Source: Polyangiaceae bacterium (GTDB lineage: Bacteria; Myxococcota_A; Polyangia; Polyangiales; Polyangiaceae). Taken from it: a stretch of 14,951 nt of DNA. The stretch is from the NCBI GenBank assembly GCA_044222475.1, contig JBGANF010000171.1:1-14951 (forward strand). The letters are read 5' to 3'. This document shows positions 1 to 6,655 of this stretch, in pieces. How positions within the stretch are numbered: position 1 is the first letter of the stretch; each line of letters begins with the position of its first letter. The notes below the pieces were generated by a model. The model made no database searches, was not told where the DNA came from, and saw nothing but the letters and a program-made list of their open reading frames with translations. A program made the position numbers and the translations under genes.

Positions 1-1706
1 GCGGAGTCGACGAGCTTGATGTTCTGGATCTTGATCGCTTCGCCGCACCAAGGGCAGGTCGTCAGCGGAAACGGAGAGTCGACGCGGCCGTGCGAGAAGT
101 CGGAGAGGGTGCGGTGCACCTCGCGAAGCGTGTTCGCCGTCGCGCTCGCTCCGACCCAAAGCCCGACGGTGAAGCGCGCGTTCCCGAGCTCGTTCGGGAG
201 CCGGCTGCGGAGTGCCTCGAGCGCGCAGATCAACGTGGCGGCGCGCCCGAGCTGGTCGAGCGTGAGGAGCCGCAACGTATAGCGAAGGAGCACGGCTACG
301 CCGCGACCCTCGTGCGGGGTGCCGCGCCCCCGAATGCGCCGGAGCACGAGCGCGAACGCGATGAGGCCGAGATACGCCTCGGTCTTGCCGCCGCCGGTCG
401 GGAAATAGATCAGCTCGGCGAGCCTTCGATCCGCGTGCGCGGGATCGAGCACCGAGGGGAGGTTCATGAGGATGAACGCGAGCTGGAACGGGCGCCACGA
501 CGGGAGCGTGCCGTCCTTGTACCGCGGGTCTTCGCGCGACTTGTCCGTCTGCACCGCGGCGACGTGCATGGCCTGGTTAGCGAGCTGGAACGCTCGGAGT
601 GCCTCGGCGTTCGTGCGCAGGAGCGCGATGCCGGCCTCGATGCGCGCCTTCGCGAGCTGAGCTTTGTTCATCAGCTCGTCGCGAGTGCGCTCGAGAGCGT
701 CGCGTTCGAGCGTGACGTGCCGCTGTTCGTCGAGCCATTTCCCATACGCCTCGACGAGAGGCGACAGCGCGTTCGCGATCCCCTTGCCGTCGAGCTTGGC
801 GAGATCCGACATCGTCGTCGTGACGTCATCGAGCTGGCGGTGGTCCACGCGGGGGACCTCGAACGTCGGGAGCTGCGTGGTGCGGAGCGTCGTGATCTTT
901 CCGTCGACCGCGACCGGGCGCTCGACGCTCGTGTTGTGGCCGACGGCCCACTCCATACGATCGCGGAAATTCAGCGCCAACACGCGCTGGTCGTCGTCGT
1001 CCGCGTCCTCACCGCGCCGGTTCGGTCGACAACGAAAGCCGGCCGCGAACGTGAGCGCGAGCCGAACTTGAAAGACGTACTGGGTGTCACGATCCTGCTC
1101 GGCGGCAGCGCGATCGTTCACCAAGAAGAGCGAGAGCACCCGCGTGCCCGGGTCGAGGCCCTCCATGTCGGTGGTTCGGAGCTCGCCACGAAGCACGAGC
1201 CCACGTGAGCCGGGGACGAGGATGGGGTCTTCGAACGTCTTTCGGTCGAGCGGCACCCGCACGCGAACCGGTCCGTGGGGAACGCGCTTCCATCCGAACT
1301 GTTTCTTGTCGGTGCGGTCGATGGCGACCTCGACCTTGTCGTAGTCGGCGTACGAGACGTCCACCTCGAGCGCGTCGCCGCTGCCGGGCGGCAGAAACAC
1401 GCTGAGCCCCATCGACGCGGGGAACCGCACCGGGCGCTTGTTGTTCTGGTTCTCTTCTTCCGTGGTGCCCGCGTCCTCGGTCTGCGACTCGCTGCCGACG
1501 GCGAGGCCGCCTTCGACGGAGTCTTCGTCGTCTTCGTCGGGCTTGCGGTTGCCTTGGGGAGCGAGGAACCCGGTGAGGTACCAACGGGAAGGAGCGAGCG
1601 GCAGAATCTCCTGGCCGCCCTGCGGATGGGAGTCGGGGACGAACGGGCCAACGAGGTCGGCGGTGAGAGCTTCGACGAGGCGCTGGCGGACGTCCTTGGG
1701 AGTCAT
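1..1706 (-). CDS. drmA: DISARM helicase DrmA, N-terminal part (runs off the left edge)
   Basis: Not in the ORF track because it has no stop in the window; translated by hand from ATG at 1706 (GAGGAG just upstream): MTPKDVRQRLVEALTADLVGPF...EILPLAPSRWYLTGFLAP, then WRPFQLAFILMNL, Walker A LIYFPTGGGKTEAYLG (~365-415), LLRYTLRLLTLDQLGRAATLICALE, FTVGLWVG and the Cys motif TTCPWCG. These are DrmA hallmarks. No in-frame stop found, and it lies downstream of drmD-drmMI in canonical order. Confidence 0.92.
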   Translation of the reverse strand, partial: MTPKDVRQRLVEALTADLVGPFVPDSHPQGGQEILPLAPSRWYLTGFLAPQGNRKPDEDDEDSVEGGLAVGSESQTEDAGTTEEENQNNKRPVRFPASMGLSVFLPPGSGDALEVDVSYADYDKVEVAIDRTDKKQFGWKRVPHGPVRVRVPLDRKTFEDPILVPGSRGLVLRGELRTTDMEGLDPGTRVLSLFLVNDRAAAEQDRDTQYVFQVRLALTFAAGFRCRPNRRGEDADDDDQRVLALNFRDRMEWAVGHNTSVERPVAVDGKITTLRTTQLPTFEVPRVDHRQLDDVTTTMSDLAKLDGKGIANALSPLVEAYGKWLDEQRHVTLERDALERTRDELMNKAQLAKARIEAGIALLRTNAEALRAFQLANQAMHVAAVQTDKSREDPRYKDGTLPSWRPFQLAFILMNLPSVLDPAHADRRLAELIYFPTGGGKTEAYLGLIAFALVLRRIRGRGTPHEGRGVAVLLRYTLRLLTLDQLGRAATLICALEALRSRLPNELGNARFTVGLWVGASATANTLREVHRTLSDFSHGRVDSPFPLTTCPWCGEAIKIQNIKLVDS

Positions 1707-1718
1707 TAGCTCCTCGCG

Positions 1719-1740
1719 AGGCTATCAGATGCGGTAGAGT
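1719..1740. promoter_or_regulatory. Back-to-back -10 elements in the 40-bp drmA/dprA spacer
   Basis: Minus strand TG-A-TAGCCT (hexamer 1724-1719, extended -10 type) 12 nt upstream of the drmA ATG. Plus strand TAGAGT (1735-1740) 6 nt upstream of the dprA ATG. No clear -35. Confidence 0.4.
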
Positions 1741-1746
1741 CGGCGC

Positions 1747-2415
1747 ATGGGCGCAACGGGGATCGCCGAGCTGATCGGCCCGCTCAATCCGACCGAGAAA
1801 CAGTACGCGCCAGCGCAAGTTTGGGTGCGCGGAGATCGCAGTCTTCTCAGCCGTCATCCACGCGTCGCCGTGGTCGGCACGCGGCACCCGTCGGAGGCGG
1901 GAGCGCGACGGACCGTCCGGCTCGTGCGCGAGCTGGTCGCCAAGGGCGTGACGATCGTGAGCGGCCTCGCGCAAGGCGTCGACACGATCGCCCACACGGA
2001 GACGATCGCTCGAGGCGGTCGCACGATCGCGGTGTTGGGAACTCCGCTGGATCAGGTGTTCCCCAAGAGCAACGAACGGCTGCAGCAGAAGATCGCCGAC
2101 GAGCACCTCGTCATCTCGGAGTTCGCGCCCGGCACGACGGTCTCGAAGGGAAACTTTCCTCGACGAAATCGGACGATGGCGCTCATCGCCGATGCGTCCG
2201 TCATCGTCGAAGCGGGCGAGGGCAGCGGGACGCTGTCGCAGGGGTGGGAAACCCTCCGTCTCGGGCGCCCCCTCCTCTTGCTCAAGTCGCTGGTCGACGG
2301 ACCGCTCGAATGGCCGCGCAAGATGATCGAGCACGGTGCGCTCGTGCTCCACGACACGAGCGATGTCCTGCGGATCCTCCCTACGGACGAGATCCGTGAA
2401 GCCGTCGCCTTCTGA
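1747..2415 (+). CDS. dprA: DprA/Smf-family protein, Rossmann core only (ShosA-like)
   Basis: Motifs VAVVGTR, IVSGLAQGVDTIAH, TIAVLGTPLDQVFP, VISEF, FPRRNR and IVEAGEGSGTL. At 222 aa it has no room for the N-terminal SAM or C-terminal winged-helix domains of competence DprA. Confidence 0.92.
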   Translation: MGATGIAELIGPLNPTEKQYAPAQVWVRGDRSLLSRHPRVAVVGTRHPSEAGARRTVRLVRELVAKGVTIVSGLAQGVDTIAHTETIARGGRTIAVLGTPLDQVFPKSNERLQQKIADEHLVISEFAPGTTVSKGNFPRRNRTMALIADASVIVEAGEGSGTLSQGWETLRLGRPLLLLKSLVDGPLEWPRKMIEHGALVLHDTSDVLRILPTDEIREAVAF

Positions 2416-3052
2416 GCTGCGCTTCGCGTCGTTCCTGTCGTACTCCCCAAGGGGGGAGACCAACGAGGCGGCAAGGTCGCGCAACTTCGTTCTGCAGTTG
2501 AAAGAGGGCAAGATCCTTTCGACGGATCGGGGCGAGATGCCAGCGGCGGCCTACGCGGCGCGACGCATTCGCGAGACCCCGCTCGAGTTCAAGGGGGAGT
2601 TCCTGGGCGCCGGTTCCGCCCTCGTCCCCGTGCCGCGCAGTGCGCTCCTCGTGCGCGGCGCGCTGTGGCCGGCGGCCGAGATCGCTGAGGCCCTCGCCCG
2701 GGAGGGGTTCGGCAGCGGCGTGGTCCGGTGCTTGGTCCGACGGCACGCCGTGACGAAAGCGGCGACTGCGACGCGCGAGACCCGGCCGACGGCACGCGAT
2801 CACTTCGACAGCCTCGCCGTCGTCGAACCGCTCTCGCTTCCCGCCAAGGTGACGTTGATCGACGACGTGGTCACCCGCGGTGCACAGCTTTGGGGCGCGG
2901 CCTGCAGAATCTGGAAGGCGCGCGCCGACGTCGAGGTGGTCGGGTTCGCCGTCATCCGAACGATCAGCGGTCGGACGGAGTTCGAGCGGATCCTCGCGCC
3001 GTGCGTGGGTCGCATCTGGCTCGAACGAGGGCGCTGCATCCGGCGGCCCTAG
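2396..3052 (+). CDS. Type I phosphoribosyltransferase, ComF-related (ShosT-like partner of DprA)
   Basis: LVPVPRS and the PRPP-binding loop VTLIDDVVTRGAQL (~2849-2890). No ComF zinc-ribbon cysteine pairs and no N-terminal HAD domain. Start placed at GTG 2396, overlapping the dprA end by 20 nt; the exact start is uncertain. Confidence 0.8.
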   Translation: MKPSPSELRFASFLSYSPRGETNEAARSRNFVLQLKEGKILSTDRGEMPAAAYAARRIRETPLEFKGEFLGAGSALVPVPRSALLVRGALWPAAEIAEALAREGFGSGVVRCLVRRHAVTKAATATRETRPTARDHFDSLAVVEPLSLPAKVTLIDDVVTRGAQLWGAACRIWKARADVEVVGFAVIRTISGRTEFERILAPCVGRIWLERGRCIRRP

Positions 3053-3074
3053 CGGTCCACCGCTGGGAATCCGC

Positions 3075-3080
3075 TAACCT
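3075..3080 (+). promoter_or_regulatory. Putative -10 element of a leaderless transcript
   Basis: TAACCT 7 nt upstream of ATG 3088; no Shine-Dalgarno. Confidence 0.4.
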
Positions 3081-3087
3081 CAGTGAG

Positions 3088-4005
3088 ATGAAACGCTACC
3101 GGGTCTTGAGGATGGACTTTGACGCGACGGCGAACCTTCTCGCCATCGAGATCAAGCCTGAGTGGGAAGAAAGCGTCCGTGCGCAGCATGCGGAAAACCA
3201 GCGACGGATCCAGCAGTCGCTCGCCGCACGGTACGGTCCCGCGGGTTTCGACCAGAAACTTCGGAACCTGCTCGATATCGGCGCGGCCCCCTTTTCCCTC
3301 ATCGCCTTTCACAACGACTTTCTCCGCCAGATTCGAGATGCATTCATCGTGGGCGCCTACTACCCCGCGCTCACCGCTTCGTGCGCGCTCGGCGAGCGAC
3401 TTCTCAACCAGCTCATCCTTACGCTCCGCGACGACTTTGCCGCGACGCCTGAGTACAAGCTCGTTCACGGGAAGGATTCGTTCGATAAGTGGGACCAGGC
3501 GATCCGCGTCCTCGACGCCTGGGCCGTTCTCCTTCCGGCGACCGTCGACGACTTTCACAAACTTCGCGTCGTGCGAAATCGAAGCGTCCATTTCAATCCC
3601 TCGACGGATCGCAACGTCCGTGCGGAGGCACTCGCGGCGGTGGGCCTCATTCAGAGCATTGTCTCGGGTCAGTTCGCTTCGTTTGGTCCGCAGCCCTGGT
3701 TCATTCCCAACGACATGGGGCTCTCCTTCGTGCGTAAGAGCCACGAGGCCGCGCCCTTCGTGAAGCGCATCGTCCTACCGAACTGCTCCCTCGTCGGTCC
3801 GGCACACGACTTAGATCTCACGTCGGATGGAAGGTGGCGCGTTGTCGACCCCACTACGTACCCGGAAACGGAGATCGAGGACGATGAGTTTCTGCGGCAA
3901 ATGAAGGCGCAGCGGGTCCGAGCAAGTTCCGACGAAGGTCCGAGCGGAGGGAATGCAGTCACGCCTCCAGCGACGCCACTTCCACCACCTTCTGCAGCTG
4001 ACTGA
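3088..4005 (+). CDS. HEPN-like domain protein, putative RNase (305 aa)
   Basis: Helical segment AFIVGAYYPALTASCALGERLL, followed about 60 aa later by LRVVRNRSVHFN (RxxxxH at 3574-3591), which is the HEPN/DUF4145-type arrangement. Start moved from 2728 to ATG 3088 because the upstream part overlaps the PRTase gene and is Arg-rich shadow sequence. Confidence 0.65.
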   Translation: MKRYRVLRMDFDATANLLAIEIKPEWEESVRAQHAENQRRIQQSLAARYGPAGFDQKLRNLLDIGAAPFSLIAFHNDFLRQIRDAFIVGAYYPALTASCALGERLLNQLILTLRDDFAATPEYKLVHGKDSFDKWDQAIRVLDAWAVLLPATVDDFHKLRVVRNRSVHFNPSTDRNVRAEALAAVGLIQSIVSGQFASFGPQPWFIPNDMGLSFVRKSHEAAPFVKRIVLPNCSLVGPAHDLDLTSDGRWRVVDPTTYPETEIEDDEFLRQMKAQRVRASSDEGPSGGNAVTPPATPLPPPSAAD

Positions 4006-4117
4006 ACAGCTCCCCGTGCTTCTGCCCCAGGTACTTCACCACTCGCGCGTTTTGCAGGAGCGTCTTCAGATACGCACGCGCCAGCTGCAGGTTCATCGTT
4101 TCGAGCGGCATCGTCAT
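3959..4117 (-). pseudogene. C-terminal remnant of a RepB/ParB-like partitioning protein
   Basis: Hand translation of the minus strand: MTMPLET-MNLQLARAYLKTLLQNARVVKYLGQKHGELFSQLQKVVEVASLEA* (stop 3961-3959). This resembles the LNLxxARGYLxxLLxNARVVRYL..H.E pattern of RepB C-terminal domains. An in-frame TGA lies a few codons upstream, so the N-terminal part is absent. Confidence 0.65.
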
Positions 4118-4206
4118 CAACCGGGAGGTTCAACTCCGCCCAAGCCTCGCATCCGCGACGGGCGAGCGCACCGACATCTGAGCCCGTGTGGTCCAACGCG
4201 GCTCCC

Positions 4207-4212
4207 TATACT
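4207..4212 (+). promoter_or_regulatory. Putative -10 element of a leaderless transcript
   Basis: TATACT, one mismatch from TATAAT, 6 nt upstream of ATG 4219; no Shine-Dalgarno. Confidence 0.5.
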
Positions 4213-4218
4213 GTGAGC

Positions 4219-5103
4219 ATGGCAAGAGCAGAACATTACCTACCCGAGGTCTACCTGGAGGAATGGTGCACCGACGGCGCACTCTGCGTTCACCAGCGCC
4301 ACGAAGACGGCGCCCCGGTCCATCAGTACTTTACCGGACCCCGCGCGATCGCAAAGGAGAAGGGGCTGTATGACCTCCCCGCCGGCGGCATCGCGAACGG
4401 GTTCGTCGACGACAAGATCGAGGACATGCTGGGCGCCCGCGTCGATGGAAGGATCAAAGGCATCCGAGAGCGCGCGGTCGCCGCAAGTGGCGTCGTCGCT
4501 ACCGGTCTCCGTGACGACCTGATCTGGTTGATGAAGACTTTCGTCGTGCGCGCTCCGAGCACCATCGCGCGCCTCGAACAAGCCGGGGTAGAGGTCGTTG
4601 CGGAGAATGCCGCGCTGATCAAGCACCTGATGGATCGCGCGCTGAACGAAGAGAGCAGGACGGCGCTCCGGCAGCTCCGCGATTCGAGGCGACCGAAAGT
4701 TCATGCGCGAGCTCTCGTAGCGGCCACCGCGGCGAATGACCTGCCACCAGACCTTGATTGGCTTGTCGGCGACGTTCAGGTCGTCCCGTTCGCGAACGTG
4801 TCCGACGCGCTTCACGAAGCAGGCGCTCGCGAGTTTGTCACTTTCGACGATCCAGTGGTCTCGTGGAGCGACTGTTCGTACGGACTCCGCTCAACATTCG
4901 TGCTGTCGCCGGCCACGTTGGTCCTTTTGGTCGAGCCGGGTCGAACCTTGACCGCCGCGCAGTGCGCCGACGCGGCGACGCAGCACACCCTTCGCGCGCT
5001 CAACGGGCGACGTTTCCTCATCACGCGCTCCAAGGCAACCGGCCAACTCCTCGCCGCTGCCGGACGATTGACGCCGATTGGAGCCAAGCGAGACGGCTCG
5101 TGA
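4219..5103 (+). CDS. DUF4238-family protein (294 aa)
   Basis: N-terminal EHYLPEVYLEEW matches the HyvPqfyL start of DUF4238, GPRAIAKEKGLY matches its second block, and EFVTFDDPVV matches the FitsDnPv block. ATG 4219 puts the His motif at the extreme N-terminus, as in the family. Confidence 0.75.
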   Translation: MARAEHYLPEVYLEEWCTDGALCVHQRHEDGAPVHQYFTGPRAIAKEKGLYDLPAGGIANGFVDDKIEDMLGARVDGRIKGIRERAVAASGVVATGLRDDLIWLMKTFVVRAPSTIARLEQAGVEVVAENAALIKHLMDRALNEESRTALRQLRDSRRPKVHARALVAATAANDLPPDLDWLVGDVQVVPFANVSDALHEAGAREFVTFDDPVVSWSDCSYGLRSTFVLSPATLVLLVEPGRTLTAAQCADAATQHTLRALNGRRFLITRSKATGQLLAAAGRLTPIGAKRDGS

Positions 5104-5174
5104 CGACGCCGACTCCGCCGGTCAGCCCACATCCGCCGGCGGCGTGCCGGCGAGCTTGACGCATCCGATGGGCC

Positions 5175-5582
5175 ATGAGAGCCATCGTGAACATGGACAC
5201 GATCGTTCTGCGACCCAAGAACCCCCGCGAGATTCCCGCGGCTGACCTCGAGCCACTTGCGGAGGAGATCCGACGCGGTCTCGACGGCGTAGCGGTTTCC
5301 GTCCAGGTACCCCCCGAACAGCGCGTCGCTGTGACGTTGGCTGAAGTCATCGACGTGGTCGTCACGAGCGTCGATCACGTCACCTCGCCGGTTCTGACCG
5401 CTCTGCTTGTCGCTTGGGCCAAGCAGCGCTTCACCAAGGCAGAGCCTACGCCCGGCGCTCCCGTGCCAAAGCAGATCGTGCTCCTCTACGGTCCTGACAA
5501 CAAAGTGATCCGTCGAATCGAGGTCGACGCGCCGGACTCCGAGGCCAAAGTGCATGACTCGAAAGCGCAAGGTCCGCGCTAG
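5175..5582 (+). CDS. Small hypothetical protein with EACC1-like (protease companion) layout
   Basis: 135 aa (129 from ATG 5193) with protein-like composition: amphipathic helix DLEPLAEEIRRGL, hydrophobic stretch VAVTLAEVIDVVV...PVLTALLVAW, basic AKQR, then a likely beta-hairpin IVLLYGPDNKVIRRIEV. Overlaps the next gene by 29 nt. The family call is a resemblance only. Confidence 0.6.
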   Translation: MRAIVNMDTIVLRPKNPREIPAADLEPLAEEIRRGLDGVAVSVQVPPEQRVAVTLAEVIDVVVTSVDHVTSPVLTALLVAWAKQRFTKAEPTPGAPVPKQIVLLYGPDNKVIRRIEVDAPDSEAKVHDSKAQGPR

Positions 5583-6606
5583 CCGCGATCGGACACCGAC
5601 GTGGACGCGCGCTTCCGTGATGTACGGGTACGTTCGTTCACTTCAACTCGAAGGCCGCTATCCTGAGGACTGTGGGGTCTGGCCCATCTCCGCGATGCGC
5701 ATCGCGTTTGGGTGGGGCTTCGTTCCCCACGACTTCTGGCCGCCGCCAACCGACGGGAGCTGGCCGCCGGTGGAACCTCCGAACGCAGACAAGATCGCTC
5801 GACGGAATCGCGCATCGTTCTATCAGCGGATACGATCAAGCGCTGACGTGAAACGAGCCGTGGCGAACGGTCATGCCGCCATGGTTGCCTTGCCTGTCAC
5901 GCGCCAATGGAAGACCACCCGCGACGGCCACGTCAGCGTTCCGAGCGCGCCGAGCGAGAGCATCGGGGATCACGCGGTCTTGATCGTCGGCTACCAAGAC
6001 GACACCTTCACGTTCGCGAATTCCTGGGGCGAAAGGTGGGGTGACAGGGGCTACGGCTACCTACCCGCTTCCTACGTTTCTCGATTTCTCGTCGAAGGCT
6101 ATGCAGTGGAACTCCGTTCGGTCCTGCGGCCGCCACGCGACCAAGTTCGAGATGTCTTGGGGGTCCGAATTCTCGCCGGTCCGCTGGGCGACCCAGTCCA
6201 CATCGTCGAAGTTTGGGACCGGCCCAACGGGGAGCGAGAGGCCTGGATGTTCGCGGTTGAGCGAGACGGTTGCTTCGATATCGAGGAGCTATTCGTACGC
6301 CCTCAATACCGCCGTAAAGGCGCCGGCGCGTGGCTTGTCGAACAGGCGCTTCGCCACCACGCGACCGTTCGGGGCAAGCTGCGCGCTTGGGTTTCCCACT
6401 GCGACGGCGCCCGAGAGGGCATGGCGGGAGTCCGCAAGATCATGCAAATGCTCGGTTTGACGTTGCGAGCGTCGACAAGCACGTGGGCGAGGTTCGTTGG
6501 TGAGGAGAGCGAGCGACGTGACGCGCCGATGTTCGGCGTGCGATCGTGTCGTCCGGATCCGCCGAAGCCGATCGAAGCCCTGACGCGCTTCGTTCCGCCC
6601 GCTTGA
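5554..6606 (+). CDS. Papain-like (C1) peptidase C-terminal portion fused to a GNAT acetyltransferase; catalytic Cys motif absent
   Basis: DHAVLIVGY (His at 5971-5973) and FANSWGERWGDRGYGYL (Asn at 6019-6021) are C1A motifs. IEELFVRPQYRRKGAGAWLV (~6280-6340) is GNAT motif A. No QGxxGSC motif in the ORF or in the in-frame upstream sequence. Confidence 0.8.
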   Translation: MTRKRKVRASRDRTPTWTRASVMYGYVRSLQLEGRYPEDCGVWPISAMRIAFGWGFVPHDFWPPPTDGSWPPVEPPNADKIARRNRASFYQRIRSSADVKRAVANGHAAMVALPVTRQWKTTRDGHVSVPSAPSESIGDHAVLIVGYQDDTFTFANSWGERWGDRGYGYLPASYVSRFLVEGYAVELRSVLRPPRDQVRDVLGVRILAGPLGDPVHIVEVWDRPNGEREAWMFAVERDGCFDIEELFVRPQYRRKGAGAWLVEQALRHHATVRGKLRAWVSHCDGAREGMAGVRKIMQMLGLTLRASTSTWARFVGEESERRDAPMFGVRSCRPDPPKPIEALTRFVPPA

Positions 6607-6655
6607 GCGTCGTTACGCTGTCGAACGTCTCTTCGCCTCAAGTAGGTTGCCCGCA

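Noticed and set aside
90..1709. Plus-strand ORFs 90..1208 and 1275..1709
   Set aside because: Exact antisense frame of drmA; typical high-GC shadow ORFs with no motifs.
1087..2511. Minus-strand 474-aa ORF
   Set aside because: Overlaps dprA in antisense and drmA out of frame; Arg-rich with no recognisable domain.
1747..3052. Natural competence locus (dprA/comF)
   Set aside because: Both proteins lack the accessory domains of the competence versions, and the context is a defence island.
2728..3087. N-terminal extension of the 425-aa ORF
   Set aside because: Overlaps the PRTase gene and is Arg-rich; ATG 3088 has a -10-like signal and starts protein-like sequence.
3953..4216. Plus-strand 87-aa Gln/His/Leu-rich ORF
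   Set aside because: Antisense read of the RepB-like remnant.
5134..5152. Hairpin CGCCGGC-GGCGT-GCCGGCG after the DUF4238 gene as a terminator
   Set aside because: No U-tract, and a 7-bp all-GC stem is common by chance at this composition.
5461..5490. In-frame PCQSRSC upstream of the C1 ORF as the missing catalytic Cys motif
   Set aside because: Gln-Cys spacing is 4 rather than 6, an in-frame stop follows, and it lies inside the 135-aa gene in another frame.
4120..6655. Integron cassette array interpretation (GTTCAAC at 4128, GTCCAAC at 4191)
   Set aside because: RYYYAAC-like words occur, but no matching GTTRRRY with an attC-type palindrome is repeated between genes, and there is no integrase.
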